Shown: positions 25,607 to 38,180, numbered from the stretch's first letter. The stretch: DNA of 64,000 nt from Vicugna vicugna (GCA_013265495.1 MU058241.1:1-64000); one strand, 5' to 3'. Numbers and translations: made by a program. Notes: generated by a model not told the origin, from the letters alone.

Positions 25607-28299
25607 GAGCTACAGTCGGAAACAATCTCTCTGCTGTGGTGGACGTTTCATGATTTCTGTTGATATTTGTCTAAATGTACATGCAGATTTCAATGCAGAT
25701 TCTGGAGTTGGAGGGCGGGGAGTGGGGAAGAGAGACAGAGTTTGTGTGTGTGTGTAATTTAATGACCTTGGTCTCCAAATGGGAAAATTCACACTTTGTA
25801 GACAGGAAGGCATAATAACACCAAGCTTAAGAGGGGCTTTGGGATTAGACAGTCCTCCCTATATCATATATTAGCAAGTCAGTGTCCTCTGCAGCAGAAC
25901 GGAAGTAACTGCTGCACACAGGGAGTTAAGTGCCTGTAAAGTCCTCAGTGCACGGCATTCAAGTAACGTATGGACAATTATTCTGTTTGCACGATAGCAA
26001 CAAATTAAATTTACAGGCTCCATAATTTTCAAAAAACTTATACATAATTTCTGCTTTCTGTCCTTGCACCACCCAGTGAGCATCACGATTTCAGTTCCTC
26101 TTTTTTATTTTTACACATATAGGAAAATGACTCAGAAAAGTTGCAGGACTTCAAGGTCAACAGTAGAGCAGAACAGGGTGGGCCTTTCACCAGTTCAGGC
26201 CAAATGGGGACAAAGGCTGCTTTTCTAGCCAAGCATTAAGTGTCCCAGGAGTTGGACTCAGGGGCTCTATTCCCCTTTTTGCTGGCTAGCACGGAAACCC
26301 TCCTAACAGCCCACCCAGGCAGATCTTGATGCCATCACACACATAAGAAAACTGAAGCTCCCCATAGTTAAAGGTGAGACTGGAGACCAACTAGGACATC
26401 CCGCTCTCAATTAGAACACCCAAACTTTCAGGAGGGGTGAGGTCTGGGAGATTTAAGGATGATCCTGTGAAATTTAAATGGGGGTGCTGACAATTCCGGG
26501 ACTGACCAAGCTCTTGGATAAAAGCCAACCTCAGGAGATCCAGTGACACACGCCCTGCTGTGCCCACCAACAAATAAAACACAGTCTCCATTTTTGTCCC
26601 ACAGGTGTGTGTTCACTTAAGGTCTGGAATACCCTTAAGGGGCTATTTTAATAAGTGGGTCAAGTGATGAACTTCAGCTTTTAGTCCTGGATTAGTTACC
26701 TAGCTGGGTGCTTTTCTACAAAAATCAGCAGTACATTTGAGGTATTACCATGCTTTAAAATACGAGCGTTATCTTCACGTCTCAATTGTTCCATAATCAA
26801 CATCCCTCCGCCCCCAACGCGTCTTTTCTAGGAATGACTGGCTGCAAACTTTTCATAAAATTTTCAAGGACCAGTTGTTACCCCGAGGCCACCATGCAGG
26901 ACCTTCGCGGGGCGCTCCCCTCCCCCTCCCAGACTGCAGTCCCGCCCCTTTCCTTCCAGGTTAACCCAGGGGCTCGGGAGGCGCGTCAGAAAAACATCCA
27001 GAAGTCAGGTCAAGCCACATGTGACAACGCAAAGCAGAAGCAGTTGCATATGGAATAGGGGTGGGTTTTTTGTTTCTTTTGGGGTTCTGCTCTACAACAT
27101 CACCAACAGGGGAAAAAAAACCCTCCGACTTTAACAACTTTGTGGGATTTCCAGTGCCGCTGCCTTGGAGAATGCGAGGCCGGGCAATGAGAGAGCCCGG
27201 GCCGGGCCTGACCGCGCACGGGCGACACACGTGAAGTCCAGGCCCTATCCCAGCGCTGGCGGGCCTCTAGCGACCCCCAACTGTCACAGCTCCAGCGTCC
27301 CGCGACTCTCGAAGGCGCGCCCCCACCCCGTTCTGAGCACCGACCCGGGTTGGGAAGGTCCCCCTGAGGAGAAGGGCCTGGGACGCGGATCTAGGGGGCA
27401 ACCCTCCTCCGAGCCTGGGAGCAACAGGTCTGCAGCCTCCCCAGGCCACGCTCTGCAGCCCCTGCCTGGCCAAGGGCTCCTCCCACCCGCCTTAGTCGCC
27501 CCCCAGCCTGCTCCCCTCGCTCCGGCCGGGGGGCTCCCGACTTCCTTGACAGTTTCTGCGCCTCGGAAACTGAGCAGCCACGGCCCACGCCGCCTCGCCC
27601 GCCACTCACTGAGCTGCGCGCCGCCGCGCTTCCACCAGGTCCCGGGCGGGCCGGCCCGAGCCCAGGGATGAATGGGGCTCCCCTCCCCCACGGGGATCCC
27701 GCAGCGGCGCAGGTTCGCGCAGCCAGCCCCAGGATCCGCAGACAAAGGGGCATCGGGGGACAAATCGAGCGCTTCCCCAAACTTACCGCCCGCCTCCCCC
27801 TCCCCAAAACAAAAGAGCCCCCTAGCCGCCGCTCGTCCCCGACTCGCCGGCACTTTGGGGTGCGGCCACATCGGGGTATTGTTCAGCCTGCAGGGAGCGC
27901 GCCGTACCCCAGCCCGAGCCCCGGGGACAGTTGGGGACCTGCCCCTCCAGAGCCCCGGAGGCGGGCGGAGTGTGCTGGCGCTCCCGGCCGCCGGCCTGCC
28001 CGCGAGCGGGGAGGGAATCGCCGGCCCCCGCGCCGGAGAAGTTTGCGCCCACCCCGCCCGGCCGGCCAAGCCCCGCGCACTCACCTCGCCACGAGCAGCG
28101 CAACTTGTGGCGGCGCCGCCACTCCGAGCTTCCCTCCGGCCGGCCGTCGCCGAGCCCGGGCCGTGCCGCGGCCGAGGAGGGCCCGGCGCCCGGAGCAGCC
28201 GCGTGCCGCCCCCGGGCCGCCCCCGCCCCGCCGCCTCCGAGTCCCCGAGAGGCGCGGGCACTGGAAAGTTTCGGGTGCCGAATGGCGGCCGAGGGCGCT

Positions 28300-28317
28300 G
28301 CGGCGGCGGCGGCGGCG
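28300..28317 (+). repeat. (GCG)6 trinucleotide repeat
   Basis: Directly visible. Confidence 0.95.
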
Positions 28318-28374
28318 GGGCGGGGGCGCTGGCGGCTCCTCGCTCCCGAGCGCGGAGGGGGGGCTGGGGCGGGA

Positions 28375-28401
28375 GCGGCGGCGGCGGCGGCGGCGGCGGC
28401 G
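28375..28401 (+). repeat. (GCG)9 trinucleotide repeat
   Basis: Directly visible. Confidence 0.95.
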
Positions 28402-31009
28402 GGAGAGGGCGGGACGGCGGGAGGGACCGGCACGGGCAGTGACCTCCGGGGGGAGCGGCCGCCAGCGCGCCGACCCCGGCCGGGAGGACTGCCAGGGGGC
28501 CGCCTTCGCCGCCCAGGCCCGCCCTTCCCCCACGGCCCCCAGCCCGCACCCTCCCCCACGATCGGGGGAGGGGAGCCCGCGTCTCCCCGTCCCTCCCCCA
28601 CGCCCTGGGGGGCCGCGTCCCAAGCCAGCCCCTCCTCCAAAGAGGGTAAGGACACCAGGCCTGCCCTTCCCCCACGGCGAAGGGGGTGAGAGTCCGCGCC
28701 CCAACACAGACCCTCCCCCACGGCATCTAGGGAAGACCCGTGTCCCAGTCTTTCCCTACCCCACAATGGGGGACCTGCGATGCTACACTGTCCCTCACCC
28801 CAGTTCTCCCCTCCCCACCACGGAGGGGGAATGGGTGAGGAGAACCCGGGCCTCTCCTTACTAGCTCCGCACCCTGTCCCTTCCCCGTGGCCTCCACGGG
28901 GGCAGAAGGAAACGCAAGCTCACCCCAGCCCCAGTCCCAAACCCAGCCTTTCTCTTACTGCCAGGAGGGAACAAGAACCCGGACCACCACCCCTGCGGTT
29001 TCTAAGGGGGAAGGAAACCGGGCCACTGCTGTGTTACCCTCCCCCACCTCAAAGAAGCCGCCCAGTGCCCTAACAGAACCCCCTGCAGCCTGCTCCAGAG
29101 TTCATCTCCCTCAAAATCGGCGGCAGAGAGGATACCCCAGTGGTCTCTTCCCCTTCCCAAAAAGTGGAGGCTCAGGTGGAACCTTGACCTTTGCAAAATC
29201 CCTCCGGAGAAGTGCCAAAAATGCTTGGGGAGACAGACTGGGGTGGAGGCCAGGAGCTGGGGTGTGAGCCTGGAAGTGGAGTTGGAGGTGGGGGAGTCTT
29301 GGGCCCTAGGGCCTTCTCACCCCACCCCTACCCCTACCCCCACCCGCAGGCTTCAGACCTTGGGCTTTTGCAGTGTTTTATGTTGCAATGGCTCACTCGG
29401 CCCAGACCTGGCGAACCCAAATCCCCAGCTCTTCCTCCCCTCCCAGTGTGGTGACAACTGCCCACCACTCACGGCCTTAATTCCCTTAAACAAATATCCG
29501 CACCCACCCCGCCTCGCCCCCAGCACCTTTGGTGTCTGCTTTGTTGAATATTTTAAAATAAGTTTGCCCTTCCCTTTGGTGTACAATGAGCTTCGCCCTA
29601 ACAGCCCAGTACACTCAGCATTTTACACTGTAACCTCACTTGCTCCTTTCTGGGACACTGGACCATTTGTCGTACTGGTTATAGGGGGAGGGGGCCCCAA
29701 GGTGAGTTTTTAAAGGGCTGGTCCTCCATCAAAAAGGCAGACTAAAAATTACCCTGCCAAATATTGCTGTAAAACGTCAGTGAGGTAAAACGACTGTTGC
29801 TGCACCATTATTAGAGCACATCAATAAAAAATACACACTTACACAGTCTCCATAATTGTGAATCAGCAGAATAGATTGTGTCTTATTTTGTATCAGTTGC
29901 CATTCAAGGCCCCCCAAAAGGACGTGGTGGGGCCTTCCCTTGAGCCTACCCGTCGTTGCTCCCGGGCTCCCTGGGCTTGGGAGGACTGATGTTGAGGTAT
30001 TACATGCAATCGAAAAACCAAGGGTGCAACAGAAAACCAGAGCGAGCTCCTTCCTGATGCAACCCTGCCCTGGTTACACGTGCTTCCCTTCCCCCACCGC
30101 CTGGTGGTGGGAGCGCTGCGTTTTTTCCGCCTGTAGGGTCACATTGTGGTTGATTGATTCTCCTTTCGCCTTGCTCAGTCATTCAGATTTGGAAAGTAAA
30201 TAACAAGTTGACATCATTACAGCTCTCGGCTTTACGGGGACGCGGCCCTCGGCTACCGCACACTCTCGAGTAGCCGCGCAACCAAACCGCCTCTCTGGCT
30301 TGCCAGCCCTGCTTGTCGTTAGCTGCTTGGAAATTCCGAACTGAACGGGATGAAAAGGCCTCTTTGTATGTTTTGATTTCTTGGCAGATGCCAATCACTT
30401 AAAGTATGGGAAAGTGGTGGAAATCCTCACTCCAAACTACGACCCAGTATGACCAGTTTTTACAGCTGGTCTTCCATAACTAACAATGAATGCAAGGGAG
30501 CTCAGAATCCATCTTGCCTGTTTGATCTTGTCCCCATAATCCGAACGGTCTTCTTGCAAGTAAGGAGTCAGACGCTTTTAACAGAGACTCCTAGGAGCCC
30601 CCAGGGACTTTGTAAGACCTCAGACAGGAAAAGAAAGCCCCTACTTTATTATAAGAACACTGAAATTCCTCTTTCTGAATGCTAGATTGGTGGTAGGTAA
30701 GTGGTAAATTAGACTATTTTATTTAATCTGTTTTGCAGATTTTTCAAATGGTGGGAGAAAAGGAGGGGAGAAATCCCATTAAAGTAGAACAGGAAAGGAG
30801 CCAGTGCATTCAGACGAAAGTATAAAGGCTAACATGGAGGCCATGGGCAGCAAGGATTTCCACAGGTGCCTCACTGCACAACATCTCTATTCTAAACAAT
30901 TATTTTTGTGTGCTGACTGGAGAAAGCTGGAATTCAGGAATCTGATTACAACAAATGCTATCAGTATTCCCCCTAAAGAGTAGCCAAGTTTTTAATTAAA
31001 AGGCAGCAG

Positions 31010-32470
31010 GAACCCACACAAATATATGCAATTAATATTTGACAAGAAAGTAAAGGTATTTCAACAGAGAAAGAATATCCTTTGTAACCAGTGGTGTTGG
31101 AACAACTGGACATCCATCTACAAAACAAACAAAAAAATTAATCTAGCCCAGACCTTACACTTTTCACAGAAGGTAACTTAAAATTGATCATAGGCCCAAA
31201 TGCAAAAGACAAAACATAAAACTCCTAGAAGATAACGGAGGAGCAAATCTAGATGACATTGGGTTTCTGCAATCAGTTTTTCTATACAACACCCAAAACA
31301 TGATCCGTGAAAAAAAAAAAATTCATGCTTTGGACTTCATCAAAATTTAAAACTCTGCTCTGCAAAAGATACTATTAAGGGAGCGAAAAGACAAGCTACA
31401 GACTGGGAGATAATATTCGCAAAATCCATATTTGATGAAGGGATGTATCCAAAATATGCAAAGAACTCTCAAAACTCAGTAACAAGAAAACAATCTGAAA
31501 CAAAAATGGATCTGGAAAAAGAAAATCTCACCAGAGATAGAAAATGGCAAATAAGTATATGAAAAGATGCTGACTGTCTATATCACCAAGAAATTGCACA
31601 TTAAGACAAAATGCCACTATACATTTATTAAAATGATCAAAAAAAAAAGAAGAAGAAGAAGAAGAATATCACATGCTAACAGGACACAAAGCAACAGGAA
31701 TTCTCTTCACACACTGCTGGTGGGACTGCAAAAGGTTAAGACCACTTTGGAAGACAATTTGGCAATTTCTTACAAACCTAAACATAGTCTTACCATACAA
31801 TCTAGCAACTATGCTCCTAGGTAGTTTACTTAATTAAGCTGAAGACCTATGTCTATACAGAAACCTATACAGGAATGTTTAGAGCTTTACTCATAATCAC
31901 CACACACTGAAGGCAACCAAGATGTTCTTCGGTAGGTGGAAGGATAAGTAAACTATGGCCCATCCATACAACAGAGTATTATTCAGCAACAAAAAGAAAT
32001 GAACTCTCAAGCCCTGAAAAGACATGGAGGAACCTTAAATGCATATCCCTAAGTGACAGAAGCCCATCTGAAAAGGGTACATACAGTATGAGGCCAACTC
32101 TATGACATTCGAGAAAAGGCAAAACTGAACAGATCGTGGTTGCAGGGGTTCTGGGGATGGGAGACGGATGAATGGAGGAGCACGAGGGGTCTTCAGGGGA
32201 GTGAAATTCTTCTGTATGAGATGTAATGGTGAATAGATACATTTTGCATTTGTCCAAACAGGCAGAACTGTATTGTACAACACCAAGAGTGAACCCCAAT
32301 GTAAACTGTGAATTTTATCAATATTGATTCAAGCATTGTAACAAATGTACCACCCTTACAGGAAAGATGTTAACACTGAAAACTGGGTGCCAGGAGCACA
32401 AATGGGAACTCCCTGTGCTATGTGCTGAATTGTTCTGTACGTCTAAAACTGTTCTTTAAAAAATAATCTA
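31010..32470 (+). mobile_element. Degenerate L1M (L1MC-like): ORF2 3' region plus 3' UTR
   Basis: tggtgttggaacaactggacatcca...aaactcctagaagataac...ggacttcatcaaaatttaaaactctgctctgcaaaaga...acatggaggaaccttaaatgcat...gtacaacaccaagagtgaaccccaatgtaaact. Confidence 0.9.
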
Positions 32471-33014
32471 TTTGCTTTTTAAAGACAGTAGGAAAAGGCA
32501 TTAAACGTCTCATGAGAATTATTGCCCAGTTTTCATTGAATCCAATATCTAATTTCACCCAGGCCCAGCTGATTCTCAAAGGTTCCTACACAAAGGCCGA
32601 TATTTGCTTGCATGACCAGCCTACTCAGAGAGGCCTGAGATCCCAGGATTGGCGTGCCAGATGCCACAGTGACCTCTCGTGATGTGCGGAGAGCATGTCT
32701 CAGCTTTGAGGAAGCCACCACTGTGAGCTTCCCTCATGAAACAAAGAGGAGGGGTGTGTTTGCCAACTTCACTTACAAACCTCTGGCCATGCTTTGTTCT
32801 CAGGGCTTGCTTCTCATTTCCTTAGGGAGACTGGAACCGAAACCACAAAGGGAGCTGGTTGTGCAAGGTGGTAGCACATGGACATACTTAAGAGAAGTAA
32901 ACGGGGCAGGAGGCCAGGAAGGTCCAACACCTGCCATAGATGTGAGGGGAAGTGGGTAATGGCCCCTTCTGCTCCCTTGGGCCTGGGTAGGCACCCAGTC
33001 TTTTTTTAAAGGAT

Positions 33015-33392
33015 GGTGTATGGGATGAAATGTGTACCCGGCCCCCTGAATTCATATGTTGAAGTCCTGACCCCCAGTACCTCAGCAGGTGACTGTTACT
33101 TGGAGAGACAGATAAATTTAAAGTAACAGATAAATTAAATGCAGTCATCAGGTGACCCAATCTGACTGGTGTCCTTATAAGAAGAAGAGATTAGGACACA
33201 GGCATGCACAGAGGGAAGACTCAAGGAGATGGCTGTCCACAAGCCAAGGAGAGGGGACTGGAGAGAAACCAGCCCTGTCAACACTTTGACCTCCAACTTC
33301 CAGCCTCCAGGACTATGAGAAAATAAATTTCTGTTGTTTAAACTATCAAGCCTGCGGTGCTTTGTTGTGGCAGCCAGAGCGGACTAAAGCAT
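33015..33392 (+). mobile_element. MaLR solo LTR (MLT1A-like)
   Basis: aattcatatgttgaagtcctgacccccagtacctcag...tgactggtgtccttataagaagaagaga...ttccagcctccaggactatgagaaaataaatttctgttgtttaa. Confidence 0.85.
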
Positions 33393-33639
33393 GTAAGTTT
33401 TTTGTTCTTTTTTTTTTTTCCATTTGAAATGTCACATTCAGTTCACATTCTTTGAATAGTGAAAACACCTTGCATTTGGCATGAGGGTGTTCATGCACAG
33501 TATTGAATTCAATCCTCCCAGGAATTCTAGAGGGCAGGGTTTTTTATCTCCAATGTTCAGGGAACAAGACTGGACCCAAAAGCTTAAAGAACTGAGGAAG
33601 GATGTAACCATTTCCATGCCCTAGACCTTCTTGGGCAAT

Positions 33640-34060
33640 TTAGTAATTATTGATTCCAAATGCATAAAATGATGCACAAATACATAAAATAATATATATG
33701 AGGCTGCAAAGAAAGTTGATTCTGTTAAAATATAGTTGACAAATTTTAAAAAATTCTCATGTCATAATACATGTGCTTCTTCTTCAATATTTCCAATGGT
33801 AAGCTCCAGAGGTGGTTCTAATACCTTCTGTCATTTCAAAGGAGTGATGGGTGTAAACAAGTTGGCTTCAACCATATCCTGCTTTGAGACTACATCGGCC
33901 TTCTATTGGTGACAAATTGGTAACAAATCACAGATACTGTTCATGCTACTGTCCTCTATAGCTGGAGTTGTCATAAATGCTTAGTTTGGGTCAGCTATGA
34001 ATTTTCTCCCCATGCAAGTTCACAGACACCCTGAAGTCATCCCTGGGACCCTCCTGCCTA
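33640..34060. mobile_element. hAT-Charlie1-like terminal fragment
   Basis: ttcaaaggagtgatgggtgtaaac...ttctattggtgacaaa...cccatgcaagttcacagacaccctgaa. Confidence 0.55.
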
Positions 34061-34249
34061 GGGATGAAGTGCCAGCTGGAGTTCATGCTTCTCTACTGCC
34101 CTTCTGCCCACCCAGACTCGCTCTTGCCGCCACCGCGGACCCCTCCCATGGCTCATGAGTTGGGACCCCTGGGCGGGGTGACTGTAACGGCTGCCAAAAA
34201 CTTACTCATCAAGATAACTAATATTAAAACACCATACTTTAAAACTCTT

Positions 34250-34381
34250 GGGGGGAGGATACAGCTCAGTGGTAGAGCACATGCTTAGCATTCACGAGGT
34301 CCTGGGTTCAATCCCCAGTACTTTCATTAAACATAAATAAATAAGCCTAACCCCCTATAAACAAACAAACAAATAAAAGAA
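34250..34381 (+). mobile_element. tRNA-derived SINE (Vic-1-like)
   Basis: ggggaggatacagctcagtggtagagcacatgcttagcattcacgaggtcctgggttcaatccccagta plus (TAAA)/(CAAA) tail. Confidence 0.92.
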
Positions 34382-34599
34382 ACTGCCACTTTAAATTTTT
34401 TTAATGAAAAAAACCCCTCTAAATTGATGCCCAAAAATGCCTCCACGATGAACAAAATATCAAAATGTTATATACAGACAGGTTCTAGGAAGGAGCAATT
34501 AAGGAGACAAGCAAAATTCCCCGCCTTGATGGAGCGTCTGTGCGTGGATGGGGGTCAGCAGAGGACAGCTCTCATAACAGTTTTTTCACAGCCCACAAG

Positions 34600-34855
34600 C
34601 TGAGGACACACTTTCAAAAGACAGGAGTGGGGATCAAAAGAATAATGGTACTTTGTGACATGGAAATTATGTAAAATATGAATTTCAGCATTCATAAATA
34701 AAGTTTTATTGCAACACAAACAAGCCCATCGCTTTGCAGCCCCATTCCCTCCGTGCTTGCAGCACTGTGGCGGCAGAGGGAAGTGGCCCACCAAGAGCAA
34801 ATACACATTTACCATCTGGCCTGTCACAGAACATATGCTGACCCTTGTTTCTAGG
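34600..34855. mobile_element. MER58-like hAT-Charlie element
   Basis: ttgtgacatggaaattatgt...cataaataaagttttattgcaacaca...atttaccatctggcctgtcacagaa...gctgacccttg. Confidence 0.7.
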
Positions 34856-35419
34856 GGACTGAAGGACGCAAGGCTCCTCACATAACTTAACCTCTTCCTA
34901 GGAAGTTTTCTCTTTATTACAATGTGTTTTCAAAAATTTTTCAGAGAAAGCTAAATTAAGGAACACTTTTTTTTTTTAATTTTCTCTTTATTACAATGTG
35001 TTTTCAAAAAATTTTTTTTTTTCATGTTTGAGGAAAGAGGGGGAGGAAAATGGTGGAAAAGCAGCCCAGAGTGTCTTTAGGAGCCAAGGCCATCCTGTTT
35101 GTGGATGAGGATGGATTCCAGAACAGCAGGAGTGCCTGGGGAGAGCCACCCACTCAGAGAGGGCAGAGGCCACGCCAGGGCCTCATGAAATCAAATGTAC
35201 CTTGAAAGGAGCAGATGCCGGGGAGCAAAGGGAGAACCAAGGTGACAGGAATTAGATGTTGCCCTGTCTGACCAAGTTTGCTTATAGTTTCCTAAACATT
35301 TTCAGAGACAACCTCACCCATTTGTCACAGCATCTATGATGTGGCTGGGGAGATAGAATTATGATAATTTTAATTTGACAGGGGAGGCAAGTTGAGTCTC
35401 TCAGAGGACAGTGGCTGCT

Positions 35420-35880
35420 GCCTCAGTTTCCTCTTGCTGCTGTAACAAATTAATCACACACTTAGTGACTTAAAGCCAACTTATAACTGACCATTCTGGA
35501 GGCCCCCCCAACTAAGGGGGTCTCAGTGGGCTAATACTGAGGTGTTGGCAGGACTAGTTCCTTCAGAGGCTCCAGAGTCTGTTTCCTTGCCTTGTCCAGT
35601 GTCTAGAGCCCAAAAGCGCCGGCACGTGACCGCCTTCTGGTCTTGTCCTTCTCAAGTTACATTATATCCCCAGCCTGTTCTTTGTCTGCCTCTTCCAGTT
35701 TCAAAGATCCTGGTGACTAGATTAGGCCAGACTGTATAATCTAATATAAACTTTCCATTGCAAGGTTCTAAATCTAGTCACATCTGCAAAGTCCCTTTGC
35801 CATGGAAGGTGGCATTGCCACAGGGTGCAGGGCACTCAAGGGTAGATATCTTTAGGGAACCAGATTCTGCTTTCCACAGT
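35420..35880 (-). mobile_element. MaLR solo LTR (MLT1)
   Basis: agtttcctcttgctgctgtaacaaatt...cttagtgacttaaa...aggtgttggcaggact...cacatctgcaaagtccctttgccatg. Confidence 0.75.
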
Positions 35881-36399
35881 AGTCCAGCCCCTCAGATTCC
35901 AAAACTTATGGACTTTCTAACACAAACCGAATTGCCTTTCAATCAGTGAATAATTTCAGAGCCCACCTACCCAGCAACACCCAGAACACTGACAGAAAAC
36001 ACTGCCTGGGTTTAACTCGAAGTACACGTGATGGGCAAGAGTTCTGATTTTCCCCAAACAATACCTGGCTGTCACAGTTACAAAATAACAGGAGATTATA
36101 ATTTTCAAAAGGCCGTTCCTCCTCCCTCTCTTCTGGTAACCATATTTCATTATAAGACATTATGTGGGGTTTTTTTCCCTCCCTTTGTTTCCACTTCTGC
36201 ATTTAGTGTTTAAAACTCTCTGTAGAGAACAAGCCCAGAGAGAGGATGATTTTATAAATAGTTGCAGCACAAAAATCATCTCCCACATAGTCAAGCTTGA
36301 CACCACACTGACAAAGAAAATCCAGTAGGTTCAAGAAAAGCACAGGTGGAACTACGTGGAGGTGGATGGAACGTTTGCATTTTTCTCTGGGGCCTTTGT

Positions 36400-37025
36400 C
36401 ATAAGGCCTTTTTGATGTTGTTTTTACAAAATGAACAGTCACCTGCTATGATCAGATATATGTCATGTGCACAGACACCCCAGCCCACGCCTCCTATTTA
36501 GCCACCTAGGAGAAATGAAAAGGTAGGGTCACTCGAAAATCTGTACAGGCGTAGCTTGGCTTAGAGTCACCAAAACCTGGAAACAACCCAGATGAAGGGA
36601 TAACCTCACTGCGGTATATCCACGCGGTGGAGCACTAGGGAACCCTGGAAAGGACCAGCTTTGCCCTGTGCCATGACGTGGATGAATCTTAGTTGTAAAC
36701 TGGTAAGTGAAAGAAGCCAGACTCCAAGGGCAACATTCTCTGTGATTCCAGCTATACGGTGTTCTAGAAGATGCAACACCACTGGGAGCAAAAACAGATT
36801 GTTGGATGCCAAGACTGGGCGTCAAGAAAGAGTGGACAACAGAGGCCCATGGGGACATTTTTGGGAGAGATCCAGCTGTTTTGTATCTTGATTTGGGTGC
36901 TGGTTACACAACTGTAAATGTTGGTCAGAACTCATAGGACTGTATTTTAAAAGGGTGGAGTTTACTGTATGTAAATTACACCTCAGTAAATTTGACTTCC
37001 CCCAAAAAATAAGGAAAGAAAAGAA
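36400..37025 (+). mobile_element. Ancient L1ME-like 3' end
   Basis: ctaggagaaatgaaa...caccaaaacctggaaacaacccagatg...gtgaaagaagccagactc...gtatcttgatttgggtgctggttacac...actgtatgtaaattacacctcagtaaa. Confidence 0.75.
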
Positions 37026-37799
37026 AACCCAGCAGATTTGAGGAAAGCATCATAAAACTCAAAGGAATTCGAACACAGGGCTTATCTCCGGTACCTGTGT
37101 GAGGAACTCTGTTATTTTCACTAGATCAAAGCCACTTACTAGGATCAGATATATGTCATATACAACTCTTAAAAGGTCCCTGAGGGAGGGAGGAAGGGAA
37201 AGAACATTTTAATGTATTTTTCAGGTACTAGTAAGAATCGGTCACATTTCTAGAAATAACTGTTTTGGACAAAACTCTCCCCACCCACAGAAGCCTGGAG
37301 CAACACACTGCCGTCTAATCCTCAGGTGTGGGGCTGACTTCAGCAGACAGAGGGTTTCCAAGGAGAGGTCTGAGCAATGGCTAGGAGCACTGAAGTAAGG
37401 GATGATTTCTGAAATGGGAAAACAAGAAATATGCTCCAAAAGGGGTAGTTTTCCTTTGCACAGATCCCCTTGGCTGACTAAAATAACTTTTTCAAATGAC
37501 TGGATAATTCCAAAGTGGTTTAAATTTTTAAATATTAAAGTTCTTCCCAGAATGGTAGAACTTGAAAATGAAAAGGTTTCACCTATGAGTTAAGGCTACA
37601 AAATAGGGGCTGCATGTCCCCTAGCTTTCAGTATTTTTATATAAAGAGGACACAGATAGACGTTACAACTACGAAATAAACGATTCTATACAAATGATTA
37701 TAGCTGCTGAATACATGATTTCCAGTTTAAATATATGATTCTGATTTTAAGATATACTCATGTTTGTTGAAACATTGTCACAAAGAAATGTAAATTTAA

Positions 37800-38180
37800 G
37801 CATGTCCAAAACCCATACGCTCAGTCTAATCATGAGAAAAACAATAGATAAACCCAAATTGAGGGACATTCTACAAAATACCTAACAAGCATTCCTCAAA
37901 ACTGTCAAGGCCCTCAAAAACAAGGAAGGAGAGAGACCCTGTCACAGCTCGGAGGCGCCTAAGGAGGCATAATGACTAAATTCTGTGCTGGGACAGAAAA
38001 GGACATTCGTGGAAAAACTGGGGAAATCCAAATACGGTCTGCAGTCTAGTTCAGAGTTTTGGACCAAGGTCAATTTGTTGTGACAAAGGCGTTAATGTGG
38101 GGAAAACTGGGTGAGGGGTCGTCGGGACTCAGCCCTAACTTTAGGTAACTCTACAACAACTCTAAAACTAAAAAAACTTT
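37800..38180 (+). mobile_element. L1MC-like 3' UTR fragment
   Basis: tctaatcatgagaaaa...aaacccaaattgagggacattctacaaaata...tcaaaactgtcaagg...gggacagaaaaggacatt. Confidence 0.7.

Larger units (their letters stand above)
1..28084 (-). other. First intron of the minus-strand gene; coding exons presumably lie beyond the window start
   Basis: Lies downstream of the donor at 28084; repeat-rich; none of the six-frame ORFs resembles a cellular protein. Confidence 0.6.
28085..28440 (-). other. Non-coding first exon (5' UTR) of a large minus-strand gene; identity unverified, tentatively RREB1-like
   Basis: Minus-strand donor GAG|GTGAGT at 28085/28084, preceded by GCC-repeat-rich UTR-like sequence and a GCCGCCATT (YY1) motif. 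The TSS position is approximate. The gene guess rests only on recalled locus architecture, not on a recognised coding sequence. Confidence 0.65.
26900..28780 (-). promoter_or_regulatory. CpG-island promoter of a minus-strand gene
   Basis: Very high GC and CpG density, many GC boxes (GGGGCGGG/CCCGCCCC), GCG repeats, YY1-like AATGGCGGC at 28281-28289, and consensus splice donors on the minus strand at the low-coordinate side. Confidence 0.92.

Noticed and set aside
27165..28864. Long overlapping ORFs (up to 480 aa) on both strands across the CpG island
   Set aside because: Low-complexity Pro/Gly/Arg/Ala translations open in nearly all frames, as expected from stop-codon scarcity in very GC-rich DNA; no recognisable domain.
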